Origin: an uncultured Sphaerobacteraceae bacterium
GTDB taxonomy: Bacteria > Chloroflexota > Chloroflexia > Thermomicrobiales > UBA6265
Assembly: GCA_964622205.1 (NCBI GenBank)
Contig: CAZUPA010000004.1
Coordinates: forward strand, 1,622-62,187
Length of the DNA: 60,566 bases
Reading direction: 5' to 3'
A model generated the notes under the pieces. That model was not told the origin of the DNA. It saw nothing but the letters and a program-made list of their open reading frames with translations, and made no database searches. Positions 25,245 through 34,832 of this stretch are shown here, piece after piece (the stretch's first letter is position 1; every line of letters begins with the position of its first letter). A program made the translations under genes and the position numbers.

Positions 25245-25839
25245 GCGCGACCCGCGTACTCCACATCATCAGAGGTCCAAATGTGCGGGGTGGCGGCTCC
25301 GGCGACGGAACACGCATCGCTCCGTGCCCGGTCCAGCCGGAGTCTGTCACCCCCCACTGATTACATGCCACCTATTGTGAAAGGGGCGGATCCCCGTTCA
25401 TTCAAGGCCACTCCGTATCCGCGCGGAGGGTGTCCGCCCTTCATGCGAAGGCAGCGGCGGTTCCTCGTTCCCTGACCACCACCGTCGCCCATGACCACGA
25501 GCCGCTCATGATTCGGTCAGGGCGGACACCCTGCGTTCGTCCATGCTCGCGCCGCCAAGGTTCCGGGGATCCGACCCTACGCATTCTGGTGACGGAATTT
25601 CGTGATATCCCCCTGGAGCCCAGACAGCCCACTCCGTGATCACCGCCCGCACGGCCCCGACGTTCGTTTGTAGAGCCAGCCACGCCACGCGCTCCCGTGC
25701 CGTAGGGCTGGCCTTGACTCGGTCTCGACCCTGGAACCGGCTCCATCGTGGTCATTCCCGGTTGTGCCGTTCAGGTACGATGGAACCCAGTCCGCGGAAA
25801 AACGACACGGGGCCAAGGCCCTTCACCAAGGAGCCACCG

Positions 25840-26331
25840 ATGACCGATCGCAACGAAACCGACCGCATGCGCTCGCGAAGAATCGCCCGTCGTTCCCTCA
25901 TGAAGGGTGCGGCCTCCATCGCCGCCGCCAGCGCCGGTGGCGGACTCACCCACGGCTTCGCACAGGACGCCTCACCGGTCGCCTCCGATCCCGCCATGCC
26001 GCCACCCTCGCCCTCCGTGGCCGAACTCCAGCAACAACTCGCCAGTGGCGATGTCACCGTCGGGCAGGTCGTCCAGGCCGCGCTCGACCGCATCGAGGCG
26101 CTCGACCAGGCCGGTCCCGCGATCAACGCCGTCATCGAACTCAATCCCGACGCCCTCGACATCGCCGCTGAACTCGACGCCGAACTCGCGGCCGGAACCA
26201 TGCGAAGCCCCATGCATGGCATTCCGGTGCTGATTAAGGACAACATCGCCACCGGCGATCAGATGGAGACCACCGGCCTGACCGCGATTCAGCCATTCGA
26301 CAGGTATGGCATTATCGTCACGTATGCGTAG
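25840..26331 (+). pseudogene. 3'-truncated amidase paralogue (N-terminal ~150 aa only)
   Basis: A good RBS (AAGGAG) and Tat signal (SRRIARRSLMKGAA) are retained. It aligns with the amidase at 23406 through MHGIPVLIKDNIATGDQMETT. It then diverges and stops, so the Ser-cisSer-Lys core (GSSSG) is absent. Confidence 0.7.
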
Positions 26332-26367
26332 GGTCAAGCACGTGCCTGCCAGGATGGGACCCAGACG

Positions 26368-27489
26368 ATGAGCGATCTCAGCGGCAAGGATCAATCGCCG
26401 CCGGACGATGACGACAATCTCGACTATCTGGATGCCGGGCTACCGGAAGACGAGCGAAACGCCACGGAGCCGATTCGTTCGGAGCCGGCAGCTTCGCCCG
26501 CGCCGGTCTCGCGCCCGGCGCCAGTCGTCAATCCAACGCCAGCGTCACCCGAGCCCGGTGAAGCCAGAGATGGCGTCGCCGCCGGACCACCGCTGGCCGC
26601 CAGCGCCGCCGGGATGGAACCGGCCCCGCCCGCCGCCAGCTCCGGCGAGGACACCAGTTGGACCTGGCCGCTCGCCAATCTCATCGGCCTGGTGATCGTC
26701 GTCCTTGCCAACTACGCGGCCAACTACTTCGAACTCAACGGCAACAGCACCGGCGATGTGGTCAACCAGGATCCGGTTCGCTTTCAGCCCGCTGGCTGGG
26801 TCTTCTCGATCTGGGGCCTGATCTACCTGCTCCTGTTCGTCTTCGTCATCTATGGGCTGCTGCCCGCTGGCCGGAAGAACCCCCGGCTCCAGCGCATCAG
26901 CCCGCTCTTTCTCGTCGCCAATATCGCGAACGTCGCCTGGATTTTCTTCTGGCACTACGAACAGTTCGCCGCCTCGCTTGGCGCGATCACCGTCCTCCTG
27001 TGTTCACTGGTGGGTATCTATCTCGGCGTGCGGGTTCGAAGTCCGCTCCGGCGCGGTGAGGAACCGGTGCCCAACCCGGGCTGGATCGAGCGGCTTGCCC
27101 TGCGGATACCATTCTCGATCTACCTCGGATGGATCTGGGTCGCTACCTTCGCCAACCTCATGGTTTGGCTCGACCGTTCCGGCCGCGATGGTGGCGTCTT
27201 CTCACAGTCATGGTGGGCGATCATCCTGATGGCCATCGCCTCGCTGGCCGCGCTCGTCTTCGCGGCCACCGCCCGCGACGCGCTCATCGGCATCGTCATG
27301 GCTGTCGCCTTCGCCGGAATCGCCCACCATAACTGGGGCGAATCCACGATGGTCAGCGTCGCCGCCATCGTCTTCACCGTGATCGCGGCCGGCATCGCGG
27401 GCCTGGCTTTCGTGCTGGCCTTCGACCGCGACACCAACCGGTCGCCTTTTGGCCGCTCGACGGAAACGGGCACGCCCATGGCCACCTGA
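26368..27489 (+). CDS. Polytopic membrane protein, TspO/MBR-related (putative), with a ~100-aa acidic/Pro-rich N-terminal extension
   Basis: F.PAGWVFSIWGLIY and W-rich helices resemble tryptophan-rich sensory proteins. About 7 TM segments. The assignment is tentative. Confidence 0.5.
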   Translation: MSDLSGKDQSPPDDDDNLDYLDAGLPEDERNATEPIRSEPAASPAPVSRPAPVVNPTPASPEPGEARDGVAAGPPLAASAAGMEPAPPAASSGEDTSWTWPLANLIGLVIVVLANYAANYFELNGNSTGDVVNQDPVRFQPAGWVFSIWGLIYLLLFVFVIYGLLPAGRKNPRLQRISPLFLVANIANVAWIFFWHYEQFAASLGAITVLLCSLVGIYLGVRVRSPLRRGEEPVPNPGWIERLALRIPFSIYLGWIWVATFANLMVWLDRSGRDGGVFSQSWWAIILMAIASLAALVFAATARDALIGIVMAVAFAGIAHHNWGESTMVSVAAIVFTVIAAGIAGLAFVLAFDRDTNRSPFGRSTETGTPMAT

Positions 27490-27633
27490 GCCCGGCCTCT
27501 CATATTGCCTCAAGCACGCTTTCATCCAGCCTTCATCTTTCGGGAACAAGATGCCAGTGTCGACGGAAAGCAATGGTCCCCGCGGGTAGTGACGCGTGTC
27601 TCCTGGCATTCGCACCGAAGGAGGAATTCCACG

Positions 27634-28455
27634 ATGAAGCGCTTGACGCTGCTCTGCATGCTGCTGTGTACCCTGGCCCTGCCGGGCATGGCGACCGCCC
27701 AGATGGAAGGCGAAGGTGGCCTGGCTGTCGCCGAAACCCCCGAACTGGGGCAGTTCCTCACCGATGGCGAGGGCATGACCCTCTACATCTTCTCGAATGA
27801 CGAGCAAGGGTCTGGCGTGAGCGTCTGCAACGACGACTGCGCCGCCAACTGGCCACCGTTCTTCGTGGAGAACGCCGCCCTCCCCGAAGGCGTTCCCGGC
27901 GAACTCACCGTCATCACGCGCGACGACGGCTCCGAGCAACTCGCCTACAACGGCATGCCGCTGTACTACTGGGTGAACGATGCCGCCCCTGGCGACACCA
28001 CCGGTCACGCGGTGGGCGATGTCTGGTGGGTTGCCGCGGTTGGCGACGCGACGATGGGCGAAGCCTCTCCCGCCGCCGAAGCCACTCCGGCGATGTCGAT
28101 GGGCGACGGCAACCTGATGACCGCCGAGACCGAGGAGCTGGGAGAGTTCCTGACCGACAGCAATGGCATGACCCTCTACATCTTCTCGAATGACGAGCAA
28201 GGGTCTGGCGTGAGCGTCTGCAACGACGACTGCGCCGCCAACTGGCCACCGTTCTTCGTGGAGAACGCCGCCCTCCCCGAAGGCGTTCCCGGCGAACTCA
28301 CCGTCATCACGCGCGACGACGGCTCCGAGCAACTCGCCTACAACGGCATGCCGCTGTACTACTGGGTGAACGATGCCGCCCCTGGCGACACCACCGGTCA
28401 CGCGGTGGGCGATGTCTGGTGGGTCGCCGAAGTCGGCGAGCCCGAAGGCATGTAG
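27634..28455 (+). CDS. Secreted two-repeat protein of the COG4315 / 'secreted repeat of unknown function' family
   Basis: Signal peptide MKRLTLLCMLLCTLALPGMATA. There are two copies of LY.F..D....S.C...CA..WPPF...Y.G.PLYY...D. GAAGGAGG is the RBS. Confidence 0.8.
   Translation: MKRLTLLCMLLCTLALPGMATAQMEGEGGLAVAETPELGQFLTDGEGMTLYIFSNDEQGSGVSVCNDDCAANWPPFFVENAALPEGVPGELTVITRDDGSEQLAYNGMPLYYWVNDAAPGDTTGHAVGDVWWVAAVGDATMGEASPAAEATPAMSMGDGNLMTAETEELGEFLTDSNGMTLYIFSNDEQGSGVSVCNDDCAANWPPFFVENAALPEGVPGELTVITRDDGSEQLAYNGMPLYYWVNDAAPGDTTGHAVGDVWWVAEVGEPEGM
27772..28031 (+). repeat. Intragenic direct repeat, copy 1 (260 nt, identical to 28165-28424)
   Basis: Base-by-base reading shows identity from GGCATGACCCTCTAC to GATGTCTGGTGGGT. 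The flanks on both sides are diverged. Confidence 0.9.
28165..28424 (+). repeat. Intragenic direct repeat, copy 2 (offset 393 nt = 131 codons)
   Basis: See copy 1. Confidence 0.9.
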
Positions 28456-28674
28456 TCCTGTCACAACGTACCGGCGTCACGTATGGGCAGGGGGAGCGGC
28501 TCCAGACCGGGGCCGCTCCCCGCCATTCACCCTCCAGCCGGAATTGGACCACGATTGCACTTCCGGTCACCGTCGCCGTCCAGTAGGATTACCGAACGTA
28601 CACGGGCCACGTGCCGGGTGAGGTGTCCGGCGGGGACCAGTGGGCTCGTTCAGGCGTGGAGAACACGGTGGCAG

Positions 28675-30102
28675 ATGGCTGATGTAGAACCGGCTGGCGG
28701 GAAGAACCTCGCCTCGGACCCACCGTTGAACTCCGAACCGGAATCCGCCCCGGAACAGGATGGCCGTCGCCGCCGGTTCCGAAGCGTTCCGGCCCCGGGC
28801 GAACCCGGCCGTTTCGCCATCCTCTCGTCATGGCTTCCATTCCAGGATGTCCAGTTGCCGATGGCGCTCCAGCGCGGGCCGTTCAAGCGCTACTGGTCCA
28901 GCCAGATCGTCTCGCTGGCCGGTGGCTGGATGCAGAACACCGCCGCCTCGCTGGTCGTGCTGTCGCTCACCTCGTCCGCCATCGCCATCGGCGCCCTGAA
29001 CGTGGTCGCCGCCCTCCCGCTGCTGCTGTTCAGCCTCTACGGTGGCGTCATCGCCGACCGCATGGACCGCCGCCAGATCATCATCGTCACCCAGTCGATG
29101 ATCGGCTGTATCTCGCTCATCTACGCCGCGCTTATCTTCACCGATCGCCTCGAGTACTGGCACATGCTGGTGCTCTCCGCGGCCGCCGGAACCATCATGG
29201 CCTTCGAATTGCCGGCGGCCCAGTCGTTCGTTTCGGAACTGGTCGACCGCGAAGACCTGCCCGAAGCGCTCGCGCTCAACTCCGCCTCGTTCAACGCCAC
29301 GCGCACCATCGGTCCAGCCCTGGCCGGCGTGGTGATCGGGGCCATCGGCACGGCCTCGGCCTTCGTCATCAACGCCTTCACCCTGCTCGCCCCGATCTCG
29401 GTCCTGATCAGCCTGAAGGGCAAGATCAAGCCGGTGGCGAGGCCCCCCGGCCGAAAGACCGGGCTCGCCTCGCTCAAGGAGGGCATGCACCACATCCGGA
29501 CCCACGACGACCTGCTCGGTCTCGTCTACCTTTCGGCCGCCTTCTCGTTCCTCGTCTTTCCCAACCTGCTGGTGCTCATGCCGCTGTACGTGAAGGAACA
29601 CCTCGGCGGCGGAGACGGCTGGGTCGCCATGATGATCTCGCTCATCGGGCTTGGCTCCCTGGCTGGGTCGATCGGCATGCTCCGGGGCAGCCGCCTCGAA
29701 GCCGCCGCCGCTGGACGGCTCCGCCGCGCGATGGCCGGGCTCGTCATCGGCATGGCCTGGCTGGCCCTCTCCTCGAATCCATGGGTCGCGGTGCCGGGAA
29801 TCCTGATCGCCGGATACTCCTTCACCACCGGCAACACCCAGATTTCCACCCGCCTCCAGCAACTGGCCCCCGATGAACTCCGCGGCCGCGTGCTCAGCGT
29901 CAACAGCCTCGCGTTCAACGGCGTGATGCCCTTCGCCACCATGGGGGTCTCGTTCCTCTCGGCGGCCATCGGCCAGTCCTGGGTCATCCTGGGATCGGCC
30001 GTGCTGCTGGTGGGCGCCTCCATCCTGCTCTGGAAGCGTTACGTGTGGAAGGCGTTCGTCGCGCCCGAGCCGGTGGTCGTCGAAGCTGTGCCGGCGGGGT
30101 GA
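28675..30102 (+). CDS. MFS transporter (EntS/MFS_3-like)
   Basis: F.RYW.SQ.VS..G.W.Q..A...V..LT.S, D R.DRR loop, about 12 TM segments. The start is uncertain (28675, or the Met near 28861). Confidence 0.75.
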   Translation: MADVEPAGGKNLASDPPLNSEPESAPEQDGRRRRFRSVPAPGEPGRFAILSSWLPFQDVQLPMALQRGPFKRYWSSQIVSLAGGWMQNTAASLVVLSLTSSAIAIGALNVVAALPLLLFSLYGGVIADRMDRRQIIIVTQSMIGCISLIYAALIFTDRLEYWHMLVLSAAAGTIMAFELPAAQSFVSELVDREDLPEALALNSASFNATRTIGPALAGVVIGAIGTASAFVINAFTLLAPISVLISLKGKIKPVARPPGRKTGLASLKEGMHHIRTHDDLLGLVYLSAAFSFLVFPNLLVLMPLYVKEHLGGGDGWVAMMISLIGLGSLAGSIGMLRGSRLEAAAAGRLRRAMAGLVIGMAWLALSSNPWVAVPGILIAGYSFTTGNTQISTRLQQLAPDELRGRVLSVNSLAFNGVMPFATMGVSFLSAAIGQSWVILGSAVLLVGASILLWKRYVWKAFVAPEPVVVEAVPAG

Positions 30103-30117
30103 TCGAGCTCGTCCCGC

Positions 30118-30861
30118 ATGCCTGACCTCGACACGACCTTCCTGCTGGCAATGGTGATCGTCTTTTTCGCCGCCGCCATGGCGGGCCTGGCCGGGTTCGG
30201 CTTCTCCATCGTCTCGGTGCCGGTCCTGCTGTTGCTGTACGAGCCCTCCACCGTGCTCGCCCTGAACAAGATCCTGACGCTCGGCACCACCTGGATCATC
30301 CTCGTTGGCAACGTTCACCATATTTCCTGGCGACACCTCCGGCGACTGATTCCATTCGCCCTCGTTGGCCTGGCTGCCGGGGTGTGGGTCCTGAAAGCGC
30401 TGGATGCCGACGCCATTCGTCTGATCGTGGGCGTCTCCGTGCTTGGATTCGCGCTGCTGCTCCTGAGCGGCGTCATCCACCACATTCCGGAGCGCCCGTG
30501 GATGGCCCCGCTCACCGGTCTGGTCAGTGGCGTCTCGTCCACCTCCACCGGCATGTCCGGCCCGCCCCTGGTCCTCTTCTTCACGGTCATCGCCATGCCC
30601 GTGGAGATCTTCCGGGCGACATCGGTCAGCTACTTCCTGCTGCTGGACCTCGTCGGCTTCCCGGTCCTGATCTCCCAGGGCATCGTCTCCCGCGACGATG
30701 TATTGCTCTCGCTGTGGCTCGCGCCGTTGGCGCTGGCGGGCCGCTGGGCGGGATCGTGGCTGGTTCCATATGTCTCCCCGGCTGGCTTCCGGCGAGTGGT
30801 GCTCGGGCTGTTACTCTTGACGGGATCGATAGCGATAGCCAACGTACTCGTGGCGAGCTAG
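30118..30861 (+). CDS. TauE/SafE family anion exporter-like membrane protein
   Basis: Eight hydrophobic segments. The AG.AGFGFS..SVP N-terminal motif is typical of the family. Confidence 0.7.
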   Translation: MPDLDTTFLLAMVIVFFAAAMAGLAGFGFSIVSVPVLLLLYEPSTVLALNKILTLGTTWIILVGNVHHISWRHLRRLIPFALVGLAAGVWVLKALDADAIRLIVGVSVLGFALLLLSGVIHHIPERPWMAPLTGLVSGVSSTSTGMSGPPLVLFFTVIAMPVEIFRATSVSYFLLLDLVGFPVLISQGIVSRDDVLLSLWLAPLALAGRWAGSWLVPYVSPAGFRRVVLGLLLLTGSIAIANVLVAS

Positions 30862-30917
30862 ACCCGGCTCTGCACGAGTAACCCGTAGTGCGGGCACGAG
30901 GGGGAGGGAATGGGGTA

Positions 30918-31493
30918 ATGCACGACGATTCCACGAGGGGACAGTTCGAAAAGGGCATGCGAGACGTTCTCAGCAAGAACTGGTGGATTCTGCTGTTGCG
31001 CGGCATCGCCGCCATTGTGTTCGGCATCCTGGCGATCGCCTTGCCGGGCCTGACCCTCTTCATGCTGGTGATCGCATTCGGCATTTACACCCTGTTCGAC
31101 GGCGTGATCGAAATCTGGAACGGCTTTTCCCACCGGCGGACCAACGACCGTTGGTGGGTGGATATCCTCATCGGCCTGGCGGGCGTGATCGGCGGCATTC
31201 TCATCATGTCCCTCCCCGGCGTGACCGCCGTGGTCGCCATCTACTTCATCGGCGCCTGGATGGCCATAACCGGTATCCTCCAGATCATCGCCGCCCTCCG
31301 TCTCCGCGCGGAAATCTCCAACGAGTGGTGGTTGATCCTGTCCGGCGTGCTCTCGGTCATTGTGGGACTCTACTTTCTCGCCTTTCCGGGCAAAGGCGCG
31401 GTAAGCCTCGTCTGGGTCATCGGCATCTACGCCATCCTGTTCGGTGTGATGATGGCGGTTCTGTCGTTCCAGGCCCGAAAGGGGTTCGAATAG
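30918..31493 (+). CDS. HdeD/DUF308 family membrane protein
   Basis: NWW.LLLRGI.AI.FGILA repeats occur across six TM segments. Confidence 0.7.
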   Translation: MHDDSTRGQFEKGMRDVLSKNWWILLLRGIAAIVFGILAIALPGLTLFMLVIAFGIYTLFDGVIEIWNGFSHRRTNDRWWVDILIGLAGVIGGILIMSLPGVTAVVAIYFIGAWMAITGILQIIAALRLRAEISNEWWLILSGVLSVIVGLYFLAFPGKGAVSLVWVIGIYAILFGVMMAVLSFQARKGFE

Positions 31494-31524
31494 CCTCCGA
31501 TCCGGTTTCGTGTAGGGTGGATGC

Positions 31525-33600
31525 ATGAACAAACACCCATCCTCGCTTCGCGCCGCGCTTGAACGCACGAGCCGGTTCACCGAACTGCTTATCAAGCACG
31601 CCATCATCTGGGCCGCCCAGGCCATCGTCCTGCTGTCGATGGCCGGGATATTCGCCGGCATTGTGGTCAACGACTACGAGGATGCCATCATCGTCATCGT
31701 GGTCACCGCGGGGATTGGCGCCACGGTCATGCCGGCCCTGTTCCGGCTGGCGGTCCGCTTCGCGCCAATCATCTACCCGGTCATCACGTTCCTGCTGTAT
31801 GCCTGGACCCTGCTCCTGCTCGACCAGGTGCTGCCCGGCTGGAAGATCAGCAATTGGTGGGTGGCCGGTCTCACCGCCGCCGTGCTCACCGCCGTCTCCG
31901 CCTTCCTCGGCAGCTTCCTCTCGCTCAGCGACGACGCGGCCTGGCGGCGCTACGCGCTGAATCCCATCCGAGCCCGGTACGCCGGAAACGGAGTGACCCA
32001 CACCGATGTTCCCGGCTTCGTCTTTCTCGAAATCGATGGCTTGGCCGCGCCGGTCCTGCGGAACGCGATCCAGGCCGGCTACGCCCCAAACCTTGGCCGC
32101 TGGCTGGAAGAGGGATCGCACACGCTCACCGAATGGGAGTGCGACCTCTCATCCCAGACCTCGGCAATGCAGGCCGGCATCCTGCTCGGCGCCAACCACG
32201 ACATTCCCGGCTTCCGCTGGTACGACCGCGACCTTGGCCGGGTGGTGGTTTCGAACCGCGCCAGCGATGCCGGCCGCATCGAGGAGGAGCTTTCCACTGG
32301 CATCGGCCTGCTGGTGGACGATGGGGCCAGCCGCGGCAACATGTTCTCTGGCGACGCTCACGACAGCCTGTTCACCTTTTCCAGCCTGTCTCGCCCCGCC
32401 CCGAACAGCAAGTCGGAGTATTTCTTCTTCTATACCAACCTGTACAACCTGGCGCGAACCATGGCGTTGTTCGTCGCGGACTTCTTCCACGAGATCCTGT
32501 CGGCTATCTGGCAACTGGTCCGCAACGAACGCCCCAGGGTTCGCCGCCTGAGCGTCTACCCGTTCGTCCGGGCCGCGACCACCAGCATCCTCCGCGAGCT
32601 GAGCACCTTTACCGTGGCGGGAGACATGTTCCGCGGCGTGAGCGCCATCTACACCACGTACGTCGCCTACGACGAAGTCGCCCACCACTCGGGCATCGAG
32701 CGCGGCGACACGCTGCGCGTGCTGCGCACGATCGACCGCGACATCGGCCGCCTGGAAAAGGTCGCTGGGGAAGCGCCTCGTCCGTACCACCTCATCGTGC
32801 TCTCCGATCATGGCCAGACCCAGGGCGCGACCTTTCGCCAGCGGTATGGTGAATCGTTGTCGGACGTGGTTGAAGCGGCCATCGCCTCATCCGGGTCCCC
32901 GTCGCATCGCCACCACATCGTTCGCCCCACTGAAACAAGCGAGGAAGGCTCGCAAATGGTCAGCGTGCTCGTCCGCGATTTCCTGCGCAAGGACGACCAC
33001 GAGCACCCGATCGTGCAACGCGCCCTGCGCGGCACCCGGATCATGGGTGACGATGGCAACGGGCTCGAAGGCGGGGAGACCGGCGATGTGCTCGTGCTCG
33101 CCTCGGGAAACCTGGGCCTGATTTCGTTCGCCAGCGCGCCCGAACGGCTTACGCTCGAAGCACTGGCGGCGCTCCATCCAGACCTCCTTTCCACACTTGT
33201 CGAACATCCAGGAATCGCCTGCATCCTGGTCGAAACCGACTCGCGTGGGCCGATGGTCATCGGGCGTGGCGGGTTTCACGCCCTGCGGGATGGAGTCGTC
33301 GAGGGGACAGACCCGCTCGAAGGGTACGGTCCCAATGCACCATCCCTGCTGCTGCGTTCGAGCGGATTCCGCAATGCGCCGGATATCCTTGTACTCGGCG
33401 CCTGGTGGCGCGATACCGCCGAGGTGGCCGCGTTCGAGGAACTGGTTGGTTCTCACGGCGGCCTGGGCGGCTACCAGACCCGGCCCTTTGTCCTCAGCCC
33501 TTCCGGGCTGGAGATCGGACCGGAACCGATCGTCGGCGCGGAGGCTGTGCATGCGGTTTTCAAGCGGTGGATCACGGCCACCGGTCAAGATGGAAACTGA
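31525..33600 (+). CDS. Membrane-anchored alkaline-phosphatase-superfamily protein (holin-like 4-TM N-domain fused to a nucleotide pyrophosphatase/phosphodiesterase-type domain)
   Basis: N-terminal 4 TM segments (VLPGWKISNWWVAG). Then F.EIDGL, SQTSAMQ (nucleophile region) and VLSDHGQT metal-site blocks. Confidence 0.65.
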   Translation: MNKHPSSLRAALERTSRFTELLIKHAIIWAAQAIVLLSMAGIFAGIVVNDYEDAIIVIVVTAGIGATVMPALFRLAVRFAPIIYPVITFLLYAWTLLLLDQVLPGWKISNWWVAGLTAAVLTAVSAFLGSFLSLSDDAAWRRYALNPIRARYAGNGVTHTDVPGFVFLEIDGLAAPVLRNAIQAGYAPNLGRWLEEGSHTLTEWECDLSSQTSAMQAGILLGANHDIPGFRWYDRDLGRVVVSNRASDAGRIEEELSTGIGLLVDDGASRGNMFSGDAHDSLFTFSSLSRPAPNSKSEYFFFYTNLYNLARTMALFVADFFHEILSAIWQLVRNERPRVRRLSVYPFVRAATTSILRELSTFTVAGDMFRGVSAIYTTYVAYDEVAHHSGIERGDTLRVLRTIDRDIGRLEKVAGEAPRPYHLIVLSDHGQTQGATFRQRYGESLSDVVEAAIASSGSPSHRHHIVRPTETSEEGSQMVSVLVRDFLRKDDHEHPIVQRALRGTRIMGDDGNGLEGGETGDVLVLASGNLGLISFASAPERLTLEALAALHPDLLSTLVEHPGIACILVETDSRGPMVIGRGGFHALRDGVVEGTDPLEGYGPNAPSLLLRSSGFRNAPDILVLGAWWRDTAEVAAFEELVGSHGGLGGYQTRPFVLSPSGLEIGPEPIVGAEAVHAVFKRWITATGQDGN

Positions 33601-33604
33601 CGGC

Positions 33605-34390
33605 ATGAGCGACAACGAACCGCACCCTCACGATTCCACCATCACGGTGATGACCGCCAATCTCTGGAACGGCCTGGCGCCCGATGCCCAGGCGATCGAG
33701 GCGATTCGCTTGTCCGGGGCGGAGATCATCGGGCTGGAAGAGCTGAATCGCCGCCAGGCAGGGGTGATCGAGGACGCGGTGAGCGATCTCTACCCCTGGG
33801 TCGCCACCTTCGGCGACAGCTACGAAGGGCGTGGCGTCCTCAGCCGCCTCCCGCTGGTGTCGGTCGAACTGGTCTACATCGTCGCCGACCGTCCCGATGT
33901 CCTGGCCGTCGTCGATACCGGAACCGTGCTGCTGTCGGTCATCGTTGGCCACCCTCGACCCCAGATCCTGCGCCGGGGCCGCGTCCGGTTCCAGATGTCA
34001 TCCTTGCGGCAAATCCTGCGGTTGGGCCGGTTGGCCCGCGAGCATTCGCCCGCGGTGCTGCTCGGCGACTTCAACATGAGTCCCCGGCATCCTGGATACA
34101 ACCGCTTCGAGAAGTTCGGCCTCACCGATGCCTACGTGGCGGGTGGGGTCGGAGCTGGACGAACCTTCCCAATCCGGATGCGCGTGGCCGGGGCCGAACG
34201 CGACCCCGGCCTTGCCCGGATCGTCTCCACGCCGCCCATGAAGCGGTTCGATCACATCTGGCACACCCCGAACATCCGCACCGACCAGGCCTGGATCGGA
34301 CCGGATTCCGGCTCCGACCACGCGTCGGTCGTGGCTCGCCTCATCCTCCCGCCGGGCGTATCCAGCAATCGCCACGAGGACGTTGAGTAG
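33605..34390 (+). CDS. Endonuclease/exonuclease/phosphatase (EEP) family protein
   Basis: T.N.W, GLEE, LLGDFN, DH.W and GSDH..V blocks are present. It starts 4 nt after the upstream stop. Confidence 0.75.
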   Translation: MSDNEPHPHDSTITVMTANLWNGLAPDAQAIEAIRLSGAEIIGLEELNRRQAGVIEDAVSDLYPWVATFGDSYEGRGVLSRLPLVSVELVYIVADRPDVLAVVDTGTVLLSVIVGHPRPQILRRGRVRFQMSSLRQILRLGRLAREHSPAVLLGDFNMSPRHPGYNRFEKFGLTDAYVAGGVGAGRTFPIRMRVAGAERDPGLARIVSTPPMKRFDHIWHTPNIRTDQAWIGPDSGSDHASVVARLILPPGVSSNRHEDVE

Positions 34391-34832
34391 GTCCAGATTC
34401 CTGGACCATGCCATGCCCATTTGAACCATGAAATCCGGTCAACCGGGACCGTTTGTTGTAGGTCCCATCTCCATGGCGGTCCTGGAGTGAAACTTCCCCA
34501 AACTGGCCCCTTTGGATGGCGAGGCCGCGGCCCGTTGGGAACTGTTTCGCGAATGAATACGTCTTCATGCCAGTCGGAAGACAACAGCGATCAGTTGACA
34601 ACCCATGGAATGTGTCAGGCATGGCCTGGCAACGTTGGAATCAGGCAATTCCAGTGGGCGATGCCGCGCGCCCTTCGCGCCGTTCAGGATGCGGTCGGGC
34701 ATGGATCGGCTCGCCGCGCCAGGCCATGTCGCCATGGAAGAATCGAGGTGGATTTGCGCGAGAAAACCGGTTTGGGTTGGACGGATTGACGCGACGAATC
34801 ATCGACAATGGACCGCGAAAGGACATCACCCC

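Noticed and set aside
25540-25640. Guanidine-I (ykkC) riboswitch upstream of the amidase remnant (AGGTTCCGG word)
   Set aside because: The conserved GGUCCGAGAG and 3' ACGG-GGGA-AAA-CCCGGGAG blocks are missing.
27025-27050. tRNA T-arm-like GGGTTCGAAGTCC
   Set aside because: It lies inside a well-supported membrane-protein CDS. No acceptor, D or anticodon arms can be built.
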